Below, piece after piece: positions 1 to 12,036 of a stretch of DNA of 46,479 nucleotides. The notes below the pieces were generated by a model that ran no database searches, was not told the DNA's origin, and saw only the letters and a program-made list of their open reading frames with translations. The position numbers were made by a program, and so were the translations under genes. This DNA comes from Catajapyx aquilonaris (taxonomy: Eukaryota), in the NCBI GenBank assembly GCA_000934665.2, contig JYFJ02003090.1:1-46479 (forward strand). The letters run 5' to 3'. Each line of letters begins with the position of its first letter. Position 1 is the first letter of the stretch.

Positions 1-3000
1 ACCGACACGTTATATGCTGCATCAGTATTCCTTTACTAAAGAATTCAACAGTATGCTGTATTCGCCTGCTCTGTGAATGACCCACGGAAGGTAATTAACT
101 AATTACAAATTCGAAATAAAATAATAATAATAATAATAATAATAACTGATTGACTGAATAATGAGCTGAATAAATCGGGACATGGCATAGAGACATGTAT
201 TAGTCAGATTGGTTGGCTAATTTTAAAAGTGGCGAAAACTAGATATTGCTGGTGATAAATTGTCTAATTGCTCATTGGTGTGAGTCACGATTTTGAAGGT
301 TTCGACCCAGAAATTGAGTGTCTGAATACATGCAAGGTCGCGAATATTGCAACAGAAGTGTGCTTCTTTTTTTTTTCTGAATGGAAATTCCACTCTAAAA
401 TTATGCCGAATCCACTAACAAACACGCGAGCTGGTAGAAGCAAGCTAATGTTATACTTTATAGCATAAATTTGCGGGCATTTTTAAAAACAAGATATCGG
501 TAATTGTTTAATCAAAACCGGAAAAACCGCGACGGCAGTAATATTACTTCATTATAAGAGAGAATAATATTGCTAATGTCTTATGTAAGATCAAGCCAGT
601 TCAAGAATGAAAATAATACACTTTGCAAAACATCATTTTTTCTGAGAACATTTGCATATCAAATTGCCATAATTTCAGCATATAGCCTAAACCCTAAAGA
701 AAGGTACCACTCTCTTGTCAAGTGTACATAAGATTAATTATAATTACTTAATAAGTGCAATCACTGGCCATATGAGTTCATTAGCTCCCAGAGTATCCAT
801 TGCTATAAGCACAGAAAATAATGTACATAAAACTAACAGTTACACTGAATTTTTATGATGCTGATTATGCAGACAAATGCACTGGTACTGTACCTGCTGC
901 CATACCGTATCACAAAGCAGCAGCCACATCACTGCACATACCTTTTAGAAACACCGGGGTGGCCTTCAGAGAGAAAAAATTTCCTCGAGGCCGTTGGTTT
1001 GGTGGAAGCAGACTCAACCGACAAGATGTGTATCACACTATCAGCTTCCTTTCCTCTCTTGTATGTGCAACTAAAACCTCACTTCCATCATGTCTCGTTC
1101 CTTCAGTTTTCCTTGGTCCTAACCAAGCAGCAGCTCCTCCGCATCTGCTGGCTCTCAACCATCTGAGAATTGAAAGGACTGGCCAATCAGCCAACACATC
1201 CTTGAAGACAACCGGCTTGTAGACAAAAAGCCCCTGAGGCTAAATCACTTTTTCCTATTCTGAAATGGGCGTGTGCGTGGCTCAGGTGTAATCAGAAATG
1301 AGCGGGAATCATGCCCACTCTTCCATGGAAAAAAAAGGTGACTCAGGCCGGAATCTCTATAGGGAGGGGTATCCTCTTGGCAGGTAATCACCTAACGACA
1401 TGGTGAAAGTACAATGGAAAGTACCTACATTATATGCTAACTGCAAGCAATAATTTTTTTTGAAGAAAATATGTATAGTTATTGTAAATCACTCTCAGGA
1501 TGGGGGGTACGGTAGGTGTCCTTTTCATCATTGGTGATGGAAAGAGCAGAGCTTGATTCCTTCCAGTTTATAATCAAAGCTAATGAATCACATCCCCCCA
1601 AGGATGTCCAGATCGTACTCTGCTTTAATTTTCATTGCCAGCTCTCCGATCTACACAGTACCTTGCACTACACAAATGAGCCGCTTCTGAGGCACAACCA
1701 TACCAACTGTTATGATGCATAAAATTATGTGCAGCATGGGACAATAGTAATTATTACTGCCTTTAACAACATGACATTTTACAACAAGTGCTCTCATGCG
1801 CACTTGTACATGCCGATGCCGCCTGGGGAATAATCATAAATCTATGCCTGTAAATTGACACTGTGATGAATGTTTAAGGAAGTACACATTCCATCAATCT
1901 GAGCAATGACACAATTATTAATAACTTGTAAGCAGGAAATGTGGGAACCAACACTGAATAATTTAAAAAAACCAATCACATGTTCTCTAATCTTAGTTTT
2001 AATTGTGCAACCCGTAATTGATCAGAGGTCGAGTTGAATTCCAGACAGTCTCGATAGATTATTATCTCTGTAGATTCGTGTCCGATATGCGAGGTTAATC
2101 GCCTCCTAAATTACACCCTATTGTCTCCATTCCCCTGATGAATATCAGTCATCATATGCCAAATGCATTCCAATCTGCCCCTCCGACCTACCACAGTTTT
2201 TGGAATCTATAATCTGTACGCTGCAGATATTTTATCACTGGAGTTATGATGCAATAAATAACTGTAAATTGGCCGAAAATGCCTTTTCCAAATTAATTCC
2301 CAAGATTTTTAAAAGTAAAATTGAACTCATAGTGTTGCTTCTCAATGTTACGTATACGTATGTTGAGCTAATTTCAATGAGATTGCCTTTTTCTGTGGAG
2401 GGCATGAGTTACATCCATTTAAACTGGATCACAAAAATAACAACTATATTTTTGTAACTTTCCAGACTGTTGAGAATTTTCAGACAAAGAAATGGACGGG
2501 AATGTCTCAAGGTTGGGGTGTGAGAATACAACTACTTCGGTCCCTTTGTAACACTTGTTGTACTGTACGAACACGTGAAGGTGATTGGACAGACACCAAA
2601 AAAATTGGATATTTAAAAAAAGATCAAGCAAAACTAGTTTGAGCCACTTCATATGGATTATGGAAAACATGATGTTGATTGTAACCCCAAAAAATAGAAC
2701 CTGACATTCAGCATCAGAAAATACATAAGAAATCAGCCAGAATGACCAGTGTTACAAAATCACTGTTGGCCAGGACAACTTGGCATGATGGTCATCAATA
2801 CCTAAATTGATGATACTACTTCAATGCCATTGCACACAAATGAGATGTGCACTATCAGACAAGTTCGCAGTACATCAGGACAAGTACAGATTATCAGGAA
2901 CAAAAAAAAAAAACACTCTTTATACACCAAATCAGGTCACAAAACAATTTTATTGTAAAGACAGAAAAAAAAAAATTACAACGAATTACATGGATTTAAC

Positions 3001-3657
3001 GTTATCGAAATATTGCATTGTACATCTGCTAGATATTCCAGTACGTCAACAACCTGCTCGGGCTAAATAATTCTGCATTGTCACTCTGCACCAATCTGTT
3101 GCAAATTCTGTTATGAAACACAATGGCAGACATACGTACAAATGTGATAAAGTTTGCATCCTTAAAAATAACATGAGTATGGAGTCGACAGTATGAGGAG
3201 AGGCAGAGGAGTGTGTAAGAAGACGAAAAAAAATTGTGCTCATGTACTATGAGGTGCAGAGTTTTCCCACACAACAGATACACCCTTTGGATCACGCAAT
3301 ATCAGAAAAAGCTGCTTGTAATTCCTATATATACAGTGTACCAGAAAAATAATTTATAGCAAAGACCATCTGAATAGATCACAAAATATCGACATTAAAA
3401 TGTAGTAAGAAGAACAAGCGAAACCTCATTTTGAGATTGCACACCCTACAAATGCAGCAGACGGACTCACACACTTTCTGAAAACTATTTCAACTACTAC
3501 CGTATTTTGAAATTGGCATTAAAAAACTGGGCAGGTTTCCACTAAGTGATGCAGTTTAATGCATTCTCGCTGAAAGACTCAATTAGGCGCTGATTAATGC
3601 AAAACATCGACACAGTTACTCTAATCGCCTGTCTATTCAACAATTGTATTTACACGC

Positions 3658-6600
3658 TCACTTGCTAAGGTAATCGAGAGAGCCAGAACATCTGATGAAC
3701 TGAACTACTGCATCAACAGAGCTCTCATTGGCAAGGCTGTACAGATTTTCTGAAATAAAAGTAAAAAATTTTGTATAGTATTATTTGCAGTCTTCTGTGA
3801 GGCTAATGAGGCGCACAGTACTTACGAGGAGGCACAAAGAAGGTGTCACCAGTGTGGCAGATGACCTCTTTCTCGTTCATCAGCAACTTCAGAGACCCAC
3901 TGAGCATACTACAGATCTGCAATTAAAATCCCCTCTGAGTAATTGTAGAAGCAGGAGAAATGATAAGGACCGAATTTGGCCATGTTTCCTTATGCCAAGA
4001 TTTTGACCTGGCAAAACAAGACCTGGAACATGTCTTTGCTTGACAACACACTTTCTTTCCCACTCGCACACATTATAGCAACATACCAGTGTCTCTTCAT
4101 CGCAGTAGGACGTGCTCTTTTTCTGCATGGCCGGGATCCTCATCTGCATAATTCGCAACTTTGCAATATCATCCATCCCAAACACTTTCCTGGCACTCAA
4201 GGGACTCTCATCATCCACAGGCTCTCCAGGATAAGACTGGAAGCTTGGCTCAGCCACATGCTGAACATGCTCTGCATCACGGAAAATTTAATGTGACTTT
4301 TAAAAAAACACTCACATTTGGAATCGTAAATAAAACATACTGTACTTACTGAAAGTAACCTCTCTCTTTGTGGCCTTATCATACACTCTCATGGTGGAAT
4401 TCCAACGACTGTCACCTACAAGGAATAAAAGCGTACAAATTATTACGAGACAATTTTTCGCCTCACCAAGATTTACAACTTGCAAGAACTAGACAGACCA
4501 AAAAAGAAGGCAAAAAAAGAATAAATTCCACAATGAACGACATGAACCGCAGACATGTGCATTATGATGTACTCACAGTTATCTTGGTCCCCATCTTGGC
4601 TCCTCTGTCCCTGTCCTCTCTTTTTGCCTCTTCCAGCAGGAGTCCTCTTCCCCATGCTAACCATGCTCTCTACACCTGAGGAGCTGTTAAATTCCTGCTC
4701 CGTACTCGACTTTCTTGCGGCTGGGCGACCTCTTCCCTTCTTTGCAGCCGATGGTTTCTTAGCAACCACAATTTTCTTGCCACTTCCTGGCTTGCGACCC
4801 CGCTTCGATGGTCCAGGGGTCACCACAGATTCCTGCTCATTCACTGACTCATCAGTCAGCGAGGAACGTGTCCGTCCACGTCTCTTTGGAGGAGGGGTAA
4901 TAACAACCTCTTCTTCAACATCAGTGACTGATTTGTTCGGCTGATTAGACGACCTCCTCCCTCGCTTCCTTGCAGAGGAGCTTCCAGCAGCATTTGTTGC
5001 AATCTCTGCGGCTGGCTGCCCTGTTTTGGAGCCAGGTTTCCTTCCACGCTTCTTCAGAGGCAGATCAGTTGGAGGTAGTTGCACCTTCTTCTTCGCAGCA
5101 TTCCGCTTATTCAGGAGGATACTGTTGGGTGTTGTGGAGTTCCTCTTTACTACCTGAAGCTCATTCAATGGTTTCCTCAGCTTTTCACGTTTCTGAGATG
5201 GCAGTTGTGGCTCGACCAGCTCTGTTGACTCAGTCTCCCATTCGGAGTCTGAGAGGGCACTGGGTGCAGCTAGCTTTGGCTTCTTCTTCGGAGTCTTCCT
5301 GTATCGCACCTGTTTATTAAAAAATTATTTATAACAGCATGTCCATTAAATATGTGTCAAGCACCCTGCCAGTGGCAACAGTTCAACACAAAAGTTTGAC
5401 GATTTGTTGCATAGCATGTAGTACCTTCTTCACATTCTGCTCCTCTTCTGATGTAGAGTCCTGCTCGGCAGGCACCAACCTCTTCCTGTTGTCGACATGA
5501 ATCGTCACTTTCTTCTGTGTCAGAGGTTCATAGGTCTCCGTCTCATCTTCTGAGCCACTGGCCATGTGGGAGGCTTCGGCATCGCTCATGCATCCAACCT
5601 CAACATTCCATGACTTGGACTTGCCATTTTCCAGGCGAGACGGTGGCAGTGAAGCATTTTCATTTTGGCGGGACGGGCTGGCAGTACTCGTGTTGGAACG
5701 AGACACCCTCCTTCCAACAGCAATTGTATGAACAGTGGCAACTTGCGATACACCTTCTTTTGAAGAACTTGGAGCATCTATGGCATTAGCTACGTTATTG
5801 GCTGTTCTTGCCTTTGCCGCGCTTTTGACAGTCTTACAAGAGGCACCCTTCAATGCAGCGGTAGGAACATTCTTGCCGGCACTTTCGACAGCTGACTTTT
5901 CAGTGCCACTTTCGTTGATGCGTTTCTGAGCAGGTTTTTTAGCAACGCTGTCTGGAAGGCTGCTTTTGATTGCTGATGCAGGATTGGCACTCTCAACGAG
6001 ACCCTCTTTGGCATTCAAGGTGCCGTTGGCAACTTTGGCAGCAGGAGTGTTGATAGGTGGGAATATATCCATATCATCGTCGGAAATCTCGAAATCAACT
6101 GTAAAGGGTTCAAAAGAAAATTGTTCAGTCAGAGAAGCATATCAGAAGATTCAGGCCATATTAGCAAGTTACTTGTAATGTAACATAACAAATTAACTTT
6201 GCCCTGTCAGAATTATTGGTTTACATACATGTGATTTCAAAATTTCCTGGCTTCTTGGCTGGCTTTTGAGCATCTATATCATTGTTTGCCTTGAGAGCCT
6301 GTCTGGGATTTGGCGGCATGAGCTTCTTGACAGTGCTGCTGACAGCTGGTTGCTCCTTCACAGACTTGTCTGCCAGCGGTGTTGCATTCTTGACAGGATT
6401 GTCTGCAACTGCTGCAGTTTTCTTAACGAAACTGGTTCTGGAAGCAGGATTTGGCTTCTTGATCGAGGATGCATGGGCCACGCTAGGACGACCAAGTATT
6501 TTGGGAATTACAAAGGTATGGTCTTCATCATCTGATTCATCCATGACTGCAAACGAAGTACAAATCAGTTAATTATTATGTATATTTTTAACTATGCAAA

Positions 6601-7871
6601 TTATAAGTGAAAGTACACAAAAACTGAGAGTTACAGGTTTGAATTTACTCACAAAGTCGTAGTGGACCTGTAGTTGACTCATCTGCACGTGCGGTAGAAA
6701 ATTCTAGATGCCTGAAACAAATCAAATCAGTAATTTTTGCATGGTAAAAAAACATACACGTGACAACATCCAGTTAGAATTTGGTGCCATCTAGGCTACG
6801 AATTATAAGAGTGCACAAGTATAGATCCACCCCTTTTGTTGAATCGGGGAGGAAACCAACAGGGTACCACATTGAAGTCAAAATATAGGGTAAGTTGGGG
6901 GCACGTGCATATATGTATTTTCTGATAAGTCTCGAATCTCATGCTGCGTAACCGCTCCAGCACTGTACGTAAGAGGTTAAGGCGTACTATCACGCTGTTA
7001 TTGCTCCGTTTTGATGAAATAATTGGGATGGTTTCTAAAAAGGGGGCCCCACTTGTCCCTAACTAGATATGGTCAGGAGCAAGTCCACACCTAATACGGG
7101 TATATGGATCAAAATCCAGTATTGGAGGAATACAGCTAGCCGTTGCCAAAAGAGGTGGCAAGATATCTTAATGTGGTCCGACTGGCGACAGGCTCATATT
7201 GAACACTGGTGTGAAAACACTTCCACATAAATGCAGCTTATAATTTCAGTACTGCTAGCTAACCTGTTGCAGAGTAGTGAACTGCAACTACTCTAAATCC
7301 TTACACAGTACCCCACTTTACCCTACAACACAATGCAACTACCTGCCCAACCAGAACATGGAAAAATCAGGATCAGCTTCTTATTGAACGATGAAAGTTT
7401 CCCCTAACGACGCCTTGCTTTCCTTTTTCACCCGCACACCCTGTACCCCAGCACCTCACCCATTCAATGTGTCATATTTACCTCGCAGCATTTCCATTAC
7501 TAGTGGACGTTCCCGCTTGGTTTTGCTGCGACTTCCCTCTGAAGATGGTGGACCAACAGGCTCTCCCACTGGGCTGCGGCTGAACCGACTCATTCCCCGA
7601 CTCCTCAATATGGGTGCTATCTGCTGACGGTTCCCCAACGTTTGCAATGGTGTCTTCAACCAGTGCCCTGTGCTCCATCCCGACCAGCGGCCCATCCTCC
7701 TCTAGGTCAGGCCCCATCCTGACAATCTGCAAAATGGCAACAAGCACTTTGTACCTTTTTTTGGCGACCGGAACTGTTCCGTAATGGGTCGATATGAATA
7801 ACCTGCTGTCAGTGCGTATCATCATCATCATCATTCATTTTTCCTTGGGGAATATGCCGTGAGTGTAATGA

Positions 7872-7927
<56 letters not shown>

Positions 7928-8061
7928 TACTATTATTATGTGGGGGGGCTAGGACCAACCCCACTCGTAATTAATTCTGGCCAAACATGTTCTAAATCGA
8001 ACAACCGACCCCCATTCTAGGACTTGGCGTCTTTTACCTTCTCCGTCAGCCTAGGCAGCAT
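3658..8061 (-). CDS. CENPC: CENP-C/Mif2-like kinetochore protein, 10 exons, ~828 aa; long low-complexity/basic region plus C-terminal cupin
   Basis: Phase-consistent GT-AG exons 8061-8038, 7726-7482, 6711-6653, 6546-6229, 6098-5425, 5309-4577, 4415-4350, 4271-4087, 3916-3826, 3749-3658 (2487 nt). The spliced C-terminus STMRVYDKATKREVTF...LSARKVFG...MRIPAMQKK...EETLICSMLSGSLKLLMNEKEVICHTGDTFFVPPQNLYSLANESSVDAVVQF matches by eye the CENP-C pre-cupin/cupin (human-type ...TGDSFYVPSGNYYNIKN...). The 5' exons are less certain than the 3' ones. Confidence 0.85.
7872..7938. repeat. (ATT)n microsatellite in CENP-C intron 1
   Basis: Seen directly. Confidence 0.95.
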
Positions 8062-8999
8062 CGGCGTGTTGTACCCTGTGCTCGCCCCCCTCCTCTAGAC
8101 CCAGGGGCCAGCCACGGGGCGGGCTAAAGACGCTTCAGTTGTCCTGCAAAGAGCCGGCGTCCGTCTTCCTTCTGTAGAACAACCAGGGACAACGACCGAC
8201 CCGAATCGAACATGGACGATGCCGCCTTTTCGCGCTCTCTCTAGTGGGGGAAAAGGGCGGGGCCTGTTGGATCCGAAAAACACATAGCAGCTGATGCCAC
8301 ACTGCTGCTGTGAATCCAAAAAAAAACGGCGATTGAGATACGGCCATTTGGAATTAGTTGGGCCGAAAATAAAAGGCCGGCGAATATCAAATGCGGCAAA
8401 AGGGATGCACCACAATAGTCGCGAGTAGTTAGGAAGACTATGTAAACATGTAAGTTGGAATGCCCCATGTATTGGCACAGCTGTAGCATCAACAGGTTAA
8501 TAACTAATATGGAAGTAGCAGTTTTCTTTGTGTTTAAGCTGCATAATGCCAGGTACAGATTCGGCGGCTGCAATTAAGAAAGATGACTGCCCATATTTTA
8601 CAACAATAGGACGATATTAATATCACAAATAGGCGTACATAAACAAAAATTGAAATTTTAATATTTAATGTTTAATTAATGGTAAAAATAAAACGGCCAT
8701 CTTGGAGGTCTTACCCAATAGCGTTCAAGATACGCTACGAGCTACAACATGGCGGGACATTGACGCCCTAATTACATTTAATTTGATTGCCAATTACTTA
8801 TTTTTATGACCAAATATTGTGCATGACAGTCTCGTACATTTTTTATTTAAATCTGTACTAAATATTTCATCTGGCTACTACCATTTTTTATTCTGTTTAA
8901 AAGGCGAAACGGTTGATGCGGGTTGATGTCCCGCATTCATTATTGTCATTACTCATTACCAGTGCTCATTACACATTGTGCTTTTCAGATGTGCCCACC
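8062..8999. promoter_or_regulatory. Probable bidirectional promoter and 5' UTRs shared by CENP-C-like and HAUS3
   Basis: Divergent ATGs 939 bp apart. CpG-rich, with E2F-like TTTCGCGC (8228-8235), GC box GGGCGGGGC (8255-8263) and YY1-like CGGCCATTTGG (8341), CGGCCATCTTGG (8694), CAACATGGCGG (8745). Confidence 0.55.
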
Positions 9000-9057
9000 A
9001 TGAGCACAAGTCAGGACGTCTTCAGTCCAACCTTCCCTGCAGATATTTCCAGGCAAG

Positions 9058-9122
<65 letters not shown>

Positions 9123-11357
9123 ACTTACAATAATTTCAGTAGTGGAAATGATTCAGATTTGGCCCCACAAGTTCAGACGAATGGTGAGCTGTTCCGTCTG
9201 AAGCTCATTGAGTTGGGTTGGCCTCCAGCCAAGTCTTGCAGACCAGGCGACTTCAGCTGGCTCTTTGAGAACCGTGCGGCGCTGCCCTTCCTCAACTGGT
9301 TCATGACCTGCGTCGACAAGGACAATGTGCTCACCACGGAGGAATTGGAGAGGTACATGTCGTGTCTTCATAAAATGTTTGGATGCCCCCATGAAGACCA
9401 AAACAAATATTATTTTCAAAAGGTACGCCCAGTTGGAGCGAGACGGAAAGGTTGTAAGTGTCGCAGAACACGGAGCTTTGGAGGTGGTGAAAGAAAGGGA
9501 AGAGGTACAGGCTGTGGAGGAAATATTGGCCGAGAGTGACCGCATTAAGGCCAAAACTGAAGTGACCAAGAAGCGCTCCAAGCGTATGGACGCCATGGCG
9601 GAGTATCTCAGGTATGAGCAGCTTAAAGAGTGATATAAGCAGATAACATTAATTATTTTGTAATTTCAGTTCTGAAGTGAATCGAGTGTCGGAGAACATT
9701 CAGAAACATGAGGCTCGAAAGGCTACTGCGGAGAAGGAATATGTGATATATAAAGAGAGGCTATCGTCCACTTTCTTAGAGCTGGGCGAGGCCGTATCGG
9801 ATTTGCAAGACGCCGTCGAATCTGTTTCTGCCGATGTTTTTGCGAATTGTGCAAATTCGGTAAGTACTTTCGAAACTGGATTCCTGGCATAAAGCGACAT
9901 GATCAGCAACCATGACCGTTGTCTGCAGGAGCAAATGCCATCCTTCATGTCTCTGATTGACCTGCGACCCTATCTGGAAGAAGAGAAAAATTTAATTGAT
10001 TCTCTCACTCAAATCAACAAGAAGGTAATTTCAGAACCTGGCAAGTTCTGTGAGTGTTTAGAGGAATCAGAAGAGGCGATTTGCTCGGATTATCCAGTTC
10101 GTTTGCGGGAGATTGTGTGCAAGTAAGTAGGTTGAGCTGCGAATTTGCACCATGAATTATGATAAAATTTAATTTACATAAACGAAAATAAAACTTGTTA
10201 CTAATTAGGCTGCATTTAGCCGGATGTTAATAGGCGCAGGTGATGTGGAGTACAAATGGTCTTAACGTAACATACATTTGATGCGTCTTTTTTAGTACCA
10301 CCATATGTAATAAGGCGACATTACGACATATGGTTCAGCAAGCTGCCACCGAAGCTGTTGAAAAAGAAATGGAAAAGCTTGTAGCCAATGGTGAATCAGT
10401 CGGGGACAGTTTGATCCAGCCAACAGATGCAACACTCACGTTCTTGAAGAAGTTTGAGGAAGACACTCTTCCAAAGCTGCTGGAGGATCATCAACGAGTT
10501 ATACTGCTTCAGGTGTTGAAAAAGGCAGCTCAGTGCAAACTCCAACGATTCAAGTGCCGCAACAAAATACAAGAATACTTAGTAAATGCTGCTCTGGACC
10601 AAAGGGCACGTTTGGAAATAACGAACCTTCTGCTAAACTTGGAAGACAATCAGGCTGACACTCTCATTTCCATGGTGAAAGAGACGAATTCATGGATTAA
10701 CGACCTGGCCGCATGGTACAGGAAACAGATTGTAAGTAAATTTTGGATGCAATTTTAGACTGAGGCTTTAACTATTGTCCTTCCAGGATCTGCAGGATTC
10801 ACATTGTCAACGTCAAGGACATCAACCGAAGGATTTGGTGAATACTTTGGAGCGATTGATGAAGTGCGAGAACAGTGGAGTTCTCAAGAGCGTTTCTTCC
10901 ATGATGTCACAGCTGGCCGCTTTGAAAGATAAGCAGACGACTAACTTTGGCATTATAGCCAAGGGCAACTGTAAACTGTAAGAATCTTGTTGGTCAGTGG
11001 ATCGGTCTAACTTTAATAACATTTAATTTCTCAACAGGCGACAAGAAAACGATGTACTTCTTAAGTGCTCATTTCCTGTGTCACTTACGCGACCGATATT
11101 GCTGCCACCATTGTTCCACCACCGCATGGCTTTGATCAAGACGAAGGTGAAGGAAGTTGAAAATGTCGCTATGAAAGATACCCCACCAATCGAACAAGAA
11201 CTTCAGGTGAGTAATCTTCGACGGTTGCACCAAGCCTGTTGATACTTACACATCTCAATTACAGGCTTACAAGCAACTAAGTAGCGGAAAAACGCTATGG
11301 ATCACATTTTTCCAGAAGCCCGAGTTAATGATGAAGCTCCATCGAAAGCCCCGATAA
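9000..11357 (+). CDS. HAUS3: HAUS augmin-like complex subunit 3 (Dgt3), 9 coding exons, ~575 aa
   Basis: GELFRLKLIELGWPPAKSCRPGDFSWLFENRAALPFLNWFMTCVDKDNVLTTEEL matches the HAUS3 N-terminal domain; coiled-coil body; C-terminal LWITFFQKPELM. Exons 9000-9052, 9140-9352, 9423-9611, 9670-9859, 9929-10122, 10296-10731, 10787-10977, 11038-11206, 11265-11357 (1728 nt, open). Start context CCACCATGA. Confidence 0.88.
9059..9120. repeat. (AAT)n microsatellite filling most of HAUS3 intron 1
   Basis: Seen directly. Confidence 0.95.
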
Positions 11358-12036
11358 TACGACTGTTCTGAAAATGTTACTGTTCTTGTTTTGTAATATT
11401 TATTACAGCACTAATTACAATTAAATACAATGAGTCACAAACAGCATCACAATATCTTACACTTACAGAATGTTTCCTGCACGCAACCTGTAAATAAATA
11501 GCACTGAGCATGTTTTTTTGTTTTTTTTGGTTTTCATTTGGATGAGGGCCTGTGCAGAATTTTGGAGAACCATCTCGATAGAGCTGTGTTAGCAGGTAGG
11601 GGAATAGTTTGGTTGATTGGATCACATGGTGGTTGAGAGCATCCCGATCCAGTAGTTGTCTCTTCTTTATTGCGAACACATGTTTTCAGGCCCAGCGCAG
11701 TGCAAGGATCTGTGTTGCTCTTTCCTGCGGCAAGATTACATTTGTTATCAGTCCTGGTACAACCCCTGTTGTTAGTCGTTTAGGTCATGCATACATGTTG
11801 TACGCTACTGTTATATGCTCAAGTTACTCATTGTACCAATACTGACCATACCGAAATGTTCTGACTTATTTTTTGATTCCAGGAGGACTACCCATCAGTA
11901 TTATAAATGCGAGATCACAGAAAGGTGCACTACCGGTACAAAAAGGTCTACTCTCACCAACAATCTACAATAGTTAGTACACCCGACTAATTAAAAAAGT
12001 CCTACGCCAACCAGTCCAGGGGAGGTTAATAACAAG

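Noticed and set aside
821..1222. Overlapping 133-aa and 103-aa + strand ORFs with coding-like composition
   Set aside because: No recognisable family and no consistent exon chain; possibly a TE or pseudogene relic.
1510..1710. - strand reading VGMVVPQKRLICVVQGTV*IGELAMKIKAEYDLDIL that looks protein-like
   Set aside because: Contains a stop and cannot be assigned without a search.
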